NCBI GenBank assembly: GCA_963663035.1
Contig: OY760074.1
Span: forward strand, 960,001-1,024,000
Length of the DNA: 64,000 nt
Direction of reading: 5' to 3'
Origin: Acidobacteriota bacterium
Lineage (GTDB): Bacteria > Acidobacteriota > UBA6911 > RPQK01 > JADFOI01
Each line of letters begins with the position of its first letter. The stretch's first letter is position 1. Made by a program: the position numbers and the translations under genes. The notes under the pieces were generated by a model. That model was not told the DNA's origin and searched no databases. It was given only the letters and a program-made list of their open reading frames with translations. Shown here piece after piece: positions 1 through 9,820 of the stretch.

Positions 1-180
1 GAAGTGGCGGAAGGGCCGGCCTGACAAGGCGCGTGAGGGGTACCCGCCACGGGTCGGCGCCCGCAAACGTACTCTTGAGTACGTTGAGGAGCCGTGGGGT
101 ACCCGCTTGCGGGTCGTGCAACACAGTCAGGACGGATCATTGCGCCAATGCAGTAGATCGGGTGTGAGAAGTGCGGGTTA
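1..180. mobile_element. MITE-like element, right part (cut by window start)
   Basis: Shares GCCGGCCTGACAAGGCGCG and CGCAAACGTACTCTTGAGTACG with 15196-15375, and GGGGTACCCGCTTGCGGGTCG...GGTGTGAGAAGTGCGGG with 52099-52300. Confidence 0.75.
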
Positions 181-1121
181 GGGTTGCTGTGGTGGGCGTG
201 GGGGCTCTCGGGGAGCAGCATGCCCGAATCTACTCCGAACTTCCGGAAGCCGAGCTGGTGGCTGTGGTGGATATCGAGGAAGAGAAGGGCCGACAAGTCG
301 CCTCCCGCTGCAACTGTCGATCCTATCAACGATATGAGGATGTCCTCGACTCAGTAGAGGCGGTCAGTCTGGCTGTCCCAACCTCGGAGCACGCTCGAAT
401 TGGTGTGGAGTTTCTGAAACGAGATGTGCATGTTCTGGCCGAAAAGCCCATTGCTGAGGATCTGGAAGAGGCTGAGCTGCTCATCCAGGCGCAAAAAGAA
501 AGTGGCGCCTTGCTGCAGGTGGGTCACTCGGAACGATTCAACCCAGCCCTGAAGGCCGTGAAACCTTTCATTACCCAGCCCAAATTTTTTGAAGCCCACA
601 GGCTGGCTGTTTTTGTTCCTCGAAGCCTGGATGTGGATGTCATTCTGGATCTGATGATCCATGACCTGGATTTGATTCTCCATCTGGTGGACAGCCCGGT
701 CCGGGAAGTCAGGGCCGTGGGAATACCCGTCTTGACCCCTCGCATCGATATTGCCAATGCGCGCCTGGAGTTTGAAAATGGCTGTGTGGCCAACGTGACC
801 GCCAGTCGGGTATCCAGAGAGAGGATTCGGAAGCTCCGCTTTTTTCAGCCCTTCGAGTACGTGTCCATCGACTTTCTCAAGCTGGAAGTGGAGATGGTCA
901 GTCTTCTCGATGAAGCCCCGGGAAAGCAGATTGCCCAGAGGAATTTCGAGATTGATCCAGATGAGCCGCTCAAGCTGGAGCTGCAGGCATTCCTGGGTGC
1001 CATTCAGGGTCAGAAGCCCGTTGACGGAGAACCCGTCGCCTGCTCCGGGGAAGAGGGCATGCGTGCCCTGGCGCTGGCGCTGGAAGTGAAGAGCCGCGCG
1101 CAGAGCGCGCTGGTGGCGTAG
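171..1121 (+). CDS. Gfo/Idh/MocA family oxidoreductase
   Basis: N-terminal VAVVGVGALG Rossmann motif, EKP motif, DLMIHDLD. Confidence 0.9.
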   Translation: MRVRVAVVGVGALGEQHARIYSELPEAELVAVVDIEEEKGRQVASRCNCRSYQRYEDVLDSVEAVSLAVPTSEHARIGVEFLKRDVHVLAEKPIAEDLEEAELLIQAQKESGALLQVGHSERFNPALKAVKPFITQPKFFEAHRLAVFVPRSLDVDVILDLMIHDLDLILHLVDSPVREVRAVGIPVLTPRIDIANARLEFENGCVANVTASRVSRERIRKLRFFQPFEYVSIDFLKLEVEMVSLLDEAPGKQIAQRNFEIDPDEPLKLELQAFLGAIQGQKPVDGEPVACSGEEGMRALALALEVKSRAQSALVA

Positions 1122-2345
1122 ATGAAAGGCAAAAGAGCAGGGGGACAAAGGAGCAGTAGAAGGTCTTTCTTTCTTTCTTTCTCTCTCTCTTTCTTTCTCC
1201 TGGGTTGCGGTGGTGGCAAACGACCGCCAGCCCCGATCAGGACTGGCGGTGTAAGGCCTCCCTCATCGCCGCCACCAGACAGAACTCCGTCAAGAGTCGA
1301 TCAGGCTCCCGGCATCCGCGTTCTTCTGAAAGCCAGCTTTGGGTCAGCAGCCGTGGAGGGATCAGATTTGCCTTCGCTTCAGCGCATTCAGGCGGTGGGA
1401 GACCAGATCACCTTACGAGACGGAAGAGGCCTTGTTCTGCGCTTGGGCTCGGGCTTTCGTTTGAATCCCCGCAGGGGGAGTGTGTTGAGGCTGGATGGCG
1501 TTCCCTATCAGGGCGCCATCGAGGTGTTCGTCAATCCGCTGGGAACACCTGTGATCGTCAATGAGCTGAGCCTGGAGACCTACTTGCAGGGTGTGATACC
1601 CAACGAGTTGAGCTCCGCAGGAGGGGCCCAGCTGGAAGCCATAAAAGCACTCACCATTGCGGCCCGAACCTTCGCTTTCTATAGCCTCGGCCAGAATGCG
1701 CGTCGAGGATTTGACGTGTACTCGGACAACCGTTCTCAAGTCTACCGGGGGACCAGCAGTGAGCAGCCGCTCTCCAATCAAGCGATCGACCAGACACGGG
1801 GCACGATTGCCACCTATCAGAACAAGGCGATTGTGGCCTTTTACTCCTCGACCTGCGGTGGAACCACGGAGGACTATCAGGCGGCCTTTCAGGGAGCGCG
1901 TATTCCCTACCTGGAAGGTGGAGCAGCCTGCCCGGATAGCGCCAGCCCGAGTTCTACCTGGGAAGAGCACATTGAAGTTTCTCGAATCCAGAGGAATCTT
2001 GACCGGCTGACGGGTGTGGGAAGGTTAAGAGAACTGGTCTCGCTGCGAAAAGGTCAGTGGGGCCGGACCGTGGAAATGCGCTTTGTGGGAGACCAGGGCG
2101 AGAAAGTCTTGAAGGGCCTTGATATTCGTTCTGCTTTAGGGCTGAAAAGCAGTTGGATTCTGGCTCTGGAGCCTCGCCGTGATCACTCTGGTTATATCGT
2201 GGAAATCCATGCCCGGGGGAGAGGGTGGGGACACGGAGTGGGTCTGTGCCAGATGGGAACAGTTGAGCTGGCCCGGCAGGGGTGGGGTTTCGAACGGATT
2301 CTCAAGCATTACTACAAGGGAATCGACTTGACCCGTCGCTGGTAG
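1122..2345 (+). CDS. SpoIID/LytB domain lipoprotein (lytic transglycosylase-like)
   Basis: Lipobox LLGC; VNELSLETYLQGVIPNE, SQVY, YSSTCGG, GWGHGVGLCQ motifs. Confidence 0.9.
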   Translation: MKGKRAGGQRSSRRSFFLSFSLSFFLLGCGGGKRPPAPIRTGGVRPPSSPPPDRTPSRVDQAPGIRVLLKASFGSAAVEGSDLPSLQRIQAVGDQITLRDGRGLVLRLGSGFRLNPRRGSVLRLDGVPYQGAIEVFVNPLGTPVIVNELSLETYLQGVIPNELSSAGGAQLEAIKALTIAARTFAFYSLGQNARRGFDVYSDNRSQVYRGTSSEQPLSNQAIDQTRGTIATYQNKAIVAFYSSTCGGTTEDYQAAFQGARIPYLEGGAACPDSASPSSTWEEHIEVSRIQRNLDRLTGVGRLRELVSLRKGQWGRTVEMRFVGDQGEKVLKGLDIRSALGLKSSWILALEPRRDHSGYIVEIHARGRGWGHGVGLCQMGTVELARQGWGFERILKHYYKGIDLTRRW

Positions 2346-2383
2346 CTTCGTACTCCCTTTCATCATTACGGTAACGTTTGCGG

Positions 2384-3337
2384 ATGGGGCTTGCCAAGAG
2401 AGGGCTTCTCATTGCTATAGTCGGCCCAACCTCTTCGGGGAAGAGTGCACTGGCATTCAGATCCGCTCAAATCCTCAATGGCGAGATTGTCAACTGCGAT
2501 TCCGTGCAGATGTACCGGTCGATCGAGATCGGTTCCGCCAAGCCCGCCCAGGAACAAAGACGACAGGTTCCCCACCATCTGTATGATCTTTTGGATCCCG
2601 ACCAGTACTTTAGTGCCGGCCGCTATATGGTGGAGGCCAGAAGAGTCTGCCGGGAGATTGCCGATCGGGCCGGCATTCCGTTTGTTGTGGGAGGTACCGG
2701 ACTTTACCTTCGGGCGCTTCTGGAGGGAATGTTCAAGGGTCCTGGTCGTTCACAGGACATTCGAGAGCGTCTCCAGAAGATTGGCCGCCGTAAGGGATTG
2801 GACTTTTTATACCGTTTATTGTTGAAAAAGGATCCCCAGGCGGCGGAGCGGATTGAGCCCGGCGACAGCGTTCGTATTATCCGAAGTCTTGAGGTCTATC
2901 TGCTCACCGGGCGCCCTATCAGCCACTTGCAGCAGCAGCGGGAGCCTCTCGAGAACTTCTCCATCCTCAAGATTGGCTTGGAACTGCCGCGCCAGGATCT
3001 CTATGATAGAATCGACCGCCGCGTGAGCGAAATGTTTCGCCGCGGCTTGCTCGAGGAGGTCCAGGAGCTCCTGGACAAGGATTATAGTTCCGACTGTAAA
3101 GGATTTGAGACGCTCGGATATCGACACGCTCTGGCGCTGTTGAAGGGCGAGCTGAGCCAGGAGGAAGCCATCACAAGGACGCAGATCGATACTCGCCGCT
3201 ACGCCAAGCGCCAGCTGACCTGGCTTCGCCGAGAAGCCGAGGTGCATTGGATTCCAGGGCCGGGAGAAGATCTCTCCGCTCTGCAGCAGTTCTTGAAGCT
3301 GGTCGGGGCGAGGAGGCTAGCGGAGCCTGACTTATGA
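2384..3337 (+). CDS. miaA: tRNA dimethylallyltransferase
   Basis: [31 protein letters not shown]. Confidence 0.97.
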   Translation: MGLAKRGLLIAIVGPTSSGKSALAFRSAQILNGEIVNCDSVQMYRSIEIGSAKPAQEQRRQVPHHLYDLLDPDQYFSAGRYMVEARRVCREIADRAGIPFVVGGTGLYLRALLEGMFKGPGRSQDIRERLQKIGRRKGLDFLYRLLLKKDPQAAERIEPGDSVRIIRSLEVYLLTGRPISHLQQQREPLENFSILKIGLELPRQDLYDRIDRRVSEMFRRGLLEEVQELLDKDYSSDCKGFETLGYRHALALLKGELSQEEAITRTQIDTRRYAKRQLTWLRREAEVHWIPGPGEDLSALQQFLKLVGARRLAEPDL

Positions 3338-4782
3338 TGGAACTGGAACCCGTCATCGGCCTTGAAGTTCACGCTCAGCTGCTGACCAGAAGTAAGATCT
3401 TTTGTGCTTGCAGTACCCGCTTCGGCGCTCCTCCCAATTCCAATACCTGCCCGGTTTGTCTCGGTTTGCCGGGTGCACTCCCGGTGCTCAATCGCCAAGC
3501 AGTGGCCATGGCCGTCAAAGCTGGGTTGGCTTTGGGCTGTCAAATCACTCGAAAATCCATCTTTGCCCGTAAAAACTACTTTTATCCCGATCTGCCCAAA
3601 GGTTATCAGATCTCCCAGTACGATTTGCCGCTGGCCCAGGACGGCAAGATGGAAGTTCTCACCGGGAACGAAAAGAGAACTTTTGGCATTACCCGAGTGC
3701 ATCTGGAAGAGGATGCCGGGAAATCCATCCACAGATCCGGCCAAGACAGCTATGTCGACTTGAATCGAACAGGCGTTCCCTTGATCGAGATCGTCTCTGA
3801 GCCCGATTTCCGCTCCTCACAGGAGGCCTATGACTACCTGAACAATCTTCGTCGCACCTTGCTCTATCTGGGGATCTGTGACGGCAATATGGAAGAGGGA
3901 AGTCTTCGCTGTGACGCCAATGTCTCGGTGCGGCCGGCTGGCTCCTCGACCCTGGGAACGAAAACGGAAATTAAGAACCTGAACTCCTTTCGTTTTCTCC
4001 AGAAGGCTCTCGAGTACGAGATCGAAAGACAAGGGAAGGTGCTTGGCGAGGGTGGCCAAGTCGAGCAGCAAACCAGATTGTGGGACGAAGAAAATCAGAA
4101 GACCCTGCTGATGCGAAGCAAAGAAGAGGCCCATGATTACCGCTATTTCGCGGAGCCGGACCTGCTCCCGGTGGTGATTTCCCAGGAGTGGATCGAGGAA
4201 CTGAAGGGGGAAATTCCCGAGCTGCCCGAGACTCGGAGGCAGCGTTTCGTCAAAGAGTTCTCCCTCGCCGACGAGGAAGCCCTGCTCTTGACTCAAACGC
4301 GGCAATTTGCGGACTATTTTGAAAAGGCCGTCTCGACCTGCGATCAACCCAGAGCGATCTTTAACTGGATGCTGGGTGAACTGACGCGTCATCTCAAAAA
4401 GGATAATCGGGATATCACCCAGTGCCCGGTCAAGCCAGAAGATTTAGCCAACCTGATGGGTCTGATCGATCAAGGGGGGATCAGCGGAAAGATGGCCAAA
4501 CAGGTCTTCGAGGAGATGTATGAGACGGGAGAGGGTGCGGAGGCTATTATCTCCCAGGAAGGCCTTGAGCAGATCAGTGACGAGGATGAGTTAAATAGCA
4601 TCGTCAAGCGGGTCCTGGATTCCAATCCCGAGAAGGTCGAAGCCTACCGGGCGGGAAAGGAAGGGCTGTTAGGGTTTTTCATGGGACAGGTGATGAAGGA
4701 GACGCGCGGACAGGCCAATCCGCAAATGGTCAGTCAAATGCTGCAAGGCCAGCTGCAGTCACGGACGGGACAGAGTTTATGA
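3334..4782 (+). CDS. gatB: Asp/Glu-tRNA amidotransferase subunit B
   Basis: [42 protein letters not shown]. Confidence 0.98.
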   Translation: MMELEPVIGLEVHAQLLTRSKIFCACSTRFGAPPNSNTCPVCLGLPGALPVLNRQAVAMAVKAGLALGCQITRKSIFARKNYFYPDLPKGYQISQYDLPLAQDGKMEVLTGNEKRTFGITRVHLEEDAGKSIHRSGQDSYVDLNRTGVPLIEIVSEPDFRSSQEAYDYLNNLRRTLLYLGICDGNMEEGSLRCDANVSVRPAGSSTLGTKTEIKNLNSFRFLQKALEYEIERQGKVLGEGGQVEQQTRLWDEENQKTLLMRSKEEAHDYRYFAEPDLLPVVISQEWIEELKGEIPELPETRRQRFVKEFSLADEEALLLTQTRQFADYFEKAVSTCDQPRAIFNWMLGELTRHLKKDNRDITQCPVKPEDLANLMGLIDQGGISGKMAKQVFEEMYETGEGAEAIISQEGLEQISDEDELNSIVKRVLDSNPEKVEAYRAGKEGLLGFFMGQVMKETRGQANPQMVSQMLQGQLQSRTGQSL

Positions 4783-5171
4783 AAAAGTCCAAGGACAAGA
4801 GGGAAGAGCAGGAAAAGAGAATCGCCGTCATCGAAGAGGTGGCGGATAATATCTATTCCATAAAATTCATCCTGCAGAGCATCGGTTACGACGTGACCTC
4901 TGTTTCCTCGCAAGATTCCTACCAGCCCATGCTGAAGGAGTTTCGGCCCGACCTGGTCATCCTCGACATGATGATTCCCGCTGGAGGAGGCTATGAGGTA
5001 ATCCGCCAGCTGCGTAAGAGCTCTCTCAAGAAGGTTCCCATCCTGGCCATCACCGCTGAGGCCATGGAGGGAACAGAGGAAGATGTCCACCAGGCCGGTG
5101 GGCAGGATACCCTCTGCAAACCCTACACCGTAAAAGATTTAAAAAAGAAGCTCAAAAAGTGGCTGGCCTAG
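4779..5171 (+). CDS. Single-domain response regulator (DivK/CheY-like)
   Basis: [23 protein letters not shown] receiver motifs. Confidence 0.88.
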   Translation: MKKSKDKREEQEKRIAVIEEVADNIYSIKFILQSIGYDVTSVSSQDSYQPMLKEFRPDLVILDMMIPAGGGYEVIRQLRKSSLKKVPILAITAEAMEGTEEDVHQAGGQDTLCKPYTVKDLKKKLKKWLA

Positions 5172-5177
5172 CCGGCC

Positions 5178-5642
5178 CTACTCTGCCGCCTTGGATCGTT
5201 TGAGATAGCGGCTCAGGGCCAGGGCAGCGGGTCCAGCCAGCAGGCCGAATCCAGCCGACATGAGAACTCCGAAGGGAAAATTGGTGGCCGGAGTCAAGAT
5301 CAGTCCCTGTAGTGCCGTCACCCCTTCCCCCACTACGCCGCCTCCTTGAACACTGAAGCGGGGAGCACTCCAGCTGAAGAGGTAGGCCATGGAATAGGTC
5401 ACCAGGACCATCAGGCGAATCGAAACCGCATAGAGCGCGATCAGCTTGAGGAGGACCCGGTAGGGATGCTCCTCTCCGCTGCCTGCCAGGCGAACTGCCC
5501 AATAAACGGGAATCAGAAAAGAGAGCCAGGCCACACCCAGGATATTATTGATTGCATGGGGAGCGCCCATCTCCTCCAGAAAGATCCGCGCCCCCATGAC
5601 AACCACCGAAAAGATCAACGGCCACTTCAGTGTCTTTATCAT
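5178..5642 (-). CDS. Hypothetical membrane protein (~4 TM)
   Basis: Hydrophobic ORF; ATG at 5642 preceded by GAGGGA. Confidence 0.7.
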   Translation of the reverse strand: MIKTLKWPLIFSVVVMGARIFLEEMGAPHAINNILGVAWLSFLIPVYWAVRLAGSGEEHPYRVLLKLIALYAVSIRLMVLVTYSMAYLFSWSAPRFSVQGGGVVGEGVTALQGLILTPATNFPFGVLMSAGFGLLAGPAALALSRYLKRSKAAE

Positions 5643-5737
5643 GGTGTCCCTCAATCCTACATCAGAACGATGCAAAACACAGTGTTAGATTTTGAAAGTT
5701 TAGGATTTCTCTGAGTAACTCAGTATGATCCCTGGTT

Positions 5738-7186
5738 ATGCCGCACGACCTTCGCGATTGGCTCGATAGGATCCAGTCCCTTGACCTTCTCCGCAAAGTC
5801 CGCTCTGTTGACTGGGACCAGGAGGTGGGGGCCATAGCCGATCTCAATGTAAAGAGGAACAAATACACCCTCCTGTTTGACGAAATCAAGGATTCCCCCA
5901 AGGGCTTCAGAATTCTGACAGGAGCCCTCATAGACGCCATTAGGTTATCAGTGACGCTGGGCCTGCCCGAGACACTCACCAATCTGGAGCTGGTCCAGCA
6001 CCTGAGGGAGAAGCTCGCCTCTCAGAAGAAGAATCCAGAGGGAACTTCACCGAAATGGGTGAAGAATGCTCCCCTTTTCGAAAACGCCTGGGACGGGGAT
6101 GCGATTGACCTGTTCAGGTTTCCCTCGCCCAGGTGGTTTGAAGGCGATGGCGGGAGATACATGGGGACGGGAGATGCCGTGGTGACCCGCGATCCTGAGA
6201 CGGGATGGGTGAATGTGGGTTCCTACCGGATGATGCTGCAAGACAAAAAGACGCTGTCCCTCTTTTTGGAAGGTCCCCGCCACGCCAGATTCATGCTGCA
6301 GAAATACTGGGATCAGGGGGAACCGGCACCCATCGCAGTCTCCTTCGGGCACCATCCCCTCATCATGTTGTCTGCCGGCCTGGAGGTGCCCTCCGGTGTG
6401 AGTGAGTACAACACCGCGGGAGCCCTTATGGACACGCCCTATCCAGTCGTCAAGGGTCCCCTGACGGGACTTCCCCTGCCGGCCGACAGCGAAATCGCCA
6501 TCGAGGGTTATGTCTACCAGGAGCCCAGCAGCGAGGGCCCCTTCGGGGAGTTTCTGGGGTACTACTCCAGCGGAACGACCCAGAGCCCCACGGTCAAGGT
6601 GGAGGCGGTGTATCACCGCGATGACCCCATCATGCTCGGTGCCTGTGTGGGCAAACCCCCTCACGACACCATCTACTTCCGCTGTCCCATGAGGGCGGCC
6701 ATGATCTGGGACTTCCTGGAGCAGGCTGGCGTGGATGGGATCAAGGGCGTCTGGTGCCACGAGCCGGCCTATTCGCGAGCCTTCACGGTCGTCTCCCTCC
6801 AACAGATGTTTGCCGGCCATGCCAGGATGGCTGGATACCTGGCCTGCCAGTGCAAGCCGGGGAATGTCACGGGAAAATATGTGGTGGTGGTGGATGAGGA
6901 CATAGACCCGTCCAATCTTGACGACGTGGTGTGGGCCCTCTCCTCCCGCAGCGATCCCGCCACCGGAATCGCGACCATCGGGCAGAGTCTGGGAACGCCT
7001 CTGGACCCCATTGCCGATCACAGCCCGGATAAGGACATCCTCGAGTACACCAGCTCCAGAGCCATAATCTTCGCTGTCAAACCCTTCGGGAGATTGCTGA
7101 GAAATGAGTTCCCACGAGTGGTCGAGCCCAATCAAGAGGTCAAAGCCCGGATCCTCGAACAGTGGAGCGAAATCTTCTCCGATTGA
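5738..7186 (+). CDS. UbiD family prFMN-dependent decarboxylase
   Basis: DLRDWL start, NVGSYR, EGPFGEFLGYY, VVVVDEDIDP. Confidence 0.93.
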   Translation: MPHDLRDWLDRIQSLDLLRKVRSVDWDQEVGAIADLNVKRNKYTLLFDEIKDSPKGFRILTGALIDAIRLSVTLGLPETLTNLELVQHLREKLASQKKNPEGTSPKWVKNAPLFENAWDGDAIDLFRFPSPRWFEGDGGRYMGTGDAVVTRDPETGWVNVGSYRMMLQDKKTLSLFLEGPRHARFMLQKYWDQGEPAPIAVSFGHHPLIMLSAGLEVPSGVSEYNTAGALMDTPYPVVKGPLTGLPLPADSEIAIEGYVYQEPSSEGPFGEFLGYYSSGTTQSPTVKVEAVYHRDDPIMLGACVGKPPHDTIYFRCPMRAAMIWDFLEQAGVDGIKGVWCHEPAYSRAFTVVSLQQMFAGHARMAGYLACQCKPGNVTGKYVVVVDEDIDPSNLDDVVWALSSRSDPATGIATIGQSLGTPLDPIADHSPDKDILEYTSSRAIIFAVKPFGRLLRNEFPRVVEPNQEVKARILEQWSEIFSD

Positions 7187-7201
7187 GTGTGAATTTCCGA
7201 T

Positions 7202-7306
7202 CAGAGCCGTGGGCTTTAGCCCACGGGCCAGAACGTGGGAGGCACCTCAGGTGCCGAATCCAGAAATGTGTGGATTGAACGTGGGAGGCACCTCAGGTGC
7301 CGAATC
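7202..7306 (+). repeat. REP cluster: one CAGAGCCGTGGGCTTTAGCCCACGGGCC and two GTGGGAGGCACCTCAGGTGCCGAATC copies
   Basis: Palindromic units at 7202-7229, 7235-7260, 7281-7306 that recur elsewhere in the window. Confidence 0.85.
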
Positions 7307-7334
7307 TTTTAGTTCCCAGCTGTTTCCCGAATCC

Positions 7335-8288
7335 TCATTTCACGTGCAGCCTGGTAACGGTGATGCTGTCCATATTGCCCACCCAGATGTTGGAGCCATC
7401 GAAGGCTAGAGCCCGTGGTTCTGCTCCTACGGCGAATGTCCTCACATGTGCTCCATCACTGGCTCGAAGCTGGGTCACTGTATTCTCAGCGGAATTGGGA
7501 ATCCAGATGTGGCTCCCGTCAAAGACAACCTGGGATCGAGGCCTTTCTCCCACGGCAAACTTGCCCAGGGTTACTCCATCACTGACCCGTATCTTGACCA
7601 CGGCATTGCTGCGAAAGGTCCCCACCCAGATATGTTCTCCATCGAATATCAGCCCAACTGGGGTTTGTCCCACCGCAAAGGTTTCCAGGGTAGTCCCGTC
7701 ACTGGCCAGCTTTGTGACCGTATCGCTGTCTCGATTGGACACCCAGATATCTGTTCCATCAAAGGCCACTCCAACCGGTGCCTTTCCAACGCTAAATTTT
7801 CCCAGGGTTGCGCCATCACTGGCCCGCAGTTTGGTGACGGTGTTGCCAGCCCTTTGCGTCACCCAAATATTGGTCCCGTCGGAAAGGATGCCGAAGGGCT
7901 CGCTGTCAACCGTGAATGTGCCAAGGTTCGTCCCATCACGGGCGCGCAGCTTGGTTACCGTGCCGCCGTCTCGGCTTGCCACCCAGATGTTCTCTCCATC
8001 GAAGGCCAGCCCAATCGGTGCCTCGCCCACAGGAAATTCACCCACTACAGCCCCGTCGCTGGTGCGGATTTTCGATACCTTGTGAATTGCCGAATTGCTC
8101 ACCCAAATATAGGTCCCATCGAAAGTCATCCTGGCCGGCCGGGTTCCCACGGTGAAGTCTGTGCGTGCGTCCTGCTGTTGGGCGTGCAGGTAAGATCCAG
8201 AGAAGAGCCCTAGCACAATGAGAAAAAACGTGGGAATAGAATTAGTTACAGGAAATAATATAATGTAATACTTGAAGATATACCACAC
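7335..8288 (-). CDS. Secreted YVTN/YncE-like beta-propeller repeat protein (start uncertain)
   Basis: ~7 repeats of ~41 aa (FxVGxxPxGxxFDGxxIWVxN...TVTKLRASDG) after a hydrophobic signal ending LHA; GTG at 8288 is the first standard start codon downstream of the tRNA. Confidence 0.8.
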   Translation of the reverse strand: MWYIFKYYIILFPVTNSIPTFFLIVLGLFSGSYLHAQQQDARTDFTVGTRPARMTFDGTYIWVSNSAIHKVSKIRTSDGAVVGEFPVGEAPIGLAFDGENIWVASRDGGTVTKLRARDGTNLGTFTVDSEPFGILSDGTNIWVTQRAGNTVTKLRASDGATLGKFSVGKAPVGVAFDGTDIWVSNRDSDTVTKLASDGTTLETFAVGQTPVGLIFDGEHIWVGTFRSNAVVKIRVSDGVTLGKFAVGERPRSQVVFDGSHIWIPNSAENTVTQLRASDGAHVRTFAVGAEPRALAFDGSNIWVGNMDSITVTRLHVK

Positions 8289-8306
8289 CTCAAGTGCACG
8301 GAAGCC

Positions 8307-8393
8307 TGGTGCCGGAGGGGAGACTCGAACTCCCACGGGCCGAAGCCCACTGCGCCCTGAACGCAGCGCGTCTGCCAATTCCACCACTCCGGC
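8307..8393 (-). tRNA. tRNA-Leu (CAG)
   Basis: Reverse complement GCCGGAGTGGTGGAATTGGCAGACGCGCTGCGTTCAGGGCGCAGTGGGCTTCGGCCCGTGGGAGTTCGAGTCTCCCCTCCGGCACCA: 87 nt, long variable arm, TTCGA T-loop, CCA end. Confidence 0.97.
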
Positions 8394-8454
8394 ACTAAAA
8401 GCTGAGTCTACAACAACCATGCCAGAAATGTGAAGCGTCCCCTGACAGCTGACA

Positions 8455-8661
8455 GATTCGGCACCTGAGGTGCCTCCCACATTCTGGCCTGTTGGCCCGT
8501 GGGCTAAAGCCCACGGCTCTGTTAGGAAGTGGCGACGAATATTCAGGCCCGTAGGCTAAAGCCCACGGCTCTGTCTGATCCTCGTCAGCTCCGACAGAGT
8601 ATTGTAGCGGCCGCTCTATGAGCGGCCTCCGTCAGAGCCGCAGGCTTTAGCCTGCGGGCCC
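8455..8661. repeat. Composite REP cluster (three REP types)
   Basis: Inverted GTGGGAGG-type REP 8455-8480; GGCT(TT/AA)AGCC-type REPs 8494-8521, 8546-8573, 8633-8661; GTAG-type GTAGCGGCCGCTCTATGAGCGGCC 8604-8627. Confidence 0.85.
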
Positions 8662-8692
8662 TTATGGAAATACGTATTTTCTCCGAATCCAT

Positions 8693-9820
8693 TTATGTCA
8701 ATGGCTTTTCAGAAAAGGGCCCGCCCAGCCGTGCCCCCAGGAAAACTTGAGAGAGGGCGAAGAGCGCCAAAAAGCCGAGGGTGACCAGGAGATCCACCCA
8801 GCTAAAGGCCAGGCCGTTCTCAGGGGAGGGGACGACCAGCCAAAATCTCTCCAGCCAGATACCCACCACAGTGATCAGCGAGATGACAAAGATGGGCGCT
8901 GGCCGCTTCATGGGGCGAGTGAGCATGGCCGTGAAAGGAATCACAAAACACATGCTCAGGACCATCCAGGCCATCACTCCCCAGCCGCCTGTGGTTCGTA
9001 CCACCAGAAAACCCAGTTCCTCGGGTAGGTTGCCGTACCAGATGATGATGTACTGGGACCACAGCAGGTAGGTCCACAGGAGGGAGAAGCCCAACAGCAG
9101 CTTGCCCAGATCGTGGGCTGCGGCATCACTGAGCCATTCCTCAACACCCGTCCACCTGCGCCACAGAAAACTTGCCGCTGCTATGGCAGCAATCCCCAGG
9201 CACAGGTTTCCCATGAAAAAATAAGCCGGGAAAAGTGTGCTGACCCAGTAGGGATCCAGCGACATGACCAGATCGATCGTCACCAGACTGAAGACCAGTG
9301 CGTAAAGCACAATGGTCAAGACGGCCAGAGCAGACAGGGTGGCGGAGCTGGGAGATTCCTCCCTCCGGCTTTGCCGGGAGGCCAAAAGAAACTTGCCGCC
9401 CACTCCATAGAGCAGGACCAGAGCAATCCCATCCCGCAGTCCCAAAAAGGGAAGGCTGAACCAACCCGCTCGGGCCGCCGGTGGATCAGTGATCCAGGGA
9501 TAGAGAGATCCGGCTCCCGCCAGCACCAGCAGCAAATAGAGGAGCAGGGAGAGGGGGAGAAAGCAAGCAAAGCTTTCGGCAACCGTTCGTACCTGCCGAG
9601 CAGCCCAGCGTGCATTGGTGAGCTGGAAAATGGCCGAGAAAACGACACCCGAGATGGAGATTCCCGACCAGAACAAAAAATTAACCAGGAAGACCTTCCA
9701 GGTCTGGGTGGGACGCTCCACCACCCCGAAAGCAAAGGCCAGGGCCCCGACCACAGCCGCCCCCAGCAGCAGAGCTGTGGTTCTGTTGAGTTTGTTGAGG
9801 TTGGATGCAGCGTCTGTCAT
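8693..9820 (-). CDS. actF: Alternative complex III membrane subunit ActF-like
   Basis: ~10 TM; DLVMSLDPYWVSTLF, HDLGKLL, SQYIIIWYGNLPEE; operon position. Confidence 0.88.
   Translation of the reverse strand: MTDAASNLNKLNRTTALLLGAAVVGALAFAFGVVERPTQTWKVFLVNFLFWSGISISGVVFSAIFQLTNARWAARQVRTVAESFACFLPLSLLLYLLLVLAGAGSLYPWITDPPAARAGWFSLPFLGLRDGIALVLLYGVGGKFLLASRQSRREESPSSATLSALAVLTIVLYALVFSLVTIDLVMSLDPYWVSTLFPAYFFMGNLCLGIAAIAAASFLWRRWTGVEEWLSDAAAHDLGKLLLGFSLLWTYLLWSQYIIIWYGNLPEELGFLVVRTTGGWGVMAWMVLSMCFVIPFTAMLTRPMKRPAPIFVISLITVVGIWLERFWLVVPSPENGLAFSWVDLLVTLGFLALFALSQVFLGARLGGPFSEKPLT

Noticed and set aside
6047-7135. Long antisense ORFs (also 20403..21485, 41669..42616, 60340..61482)
   Set aside because: Shadows of well-supported GC-rich genes, with no recognisable motifs.
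7235-7306. Two identical 26-bp repeats with a 20-nt spacer (mini CRISPR?)
   Set aside because: Only two copies, short spacer, a third copy is inverted at 8455, no cas genes; fits a REP.
8307-8393. tRNA as selC or as an island attachment site
   Set aside because: Anticodon is CAG (Leu); I saw no duplicated tRNA 3' end and no integrase in the window.
8289-8480. 5' extension of ORF 7335..8480
   Set aside because: Runs through the tRNA-Leu gene and a REP.
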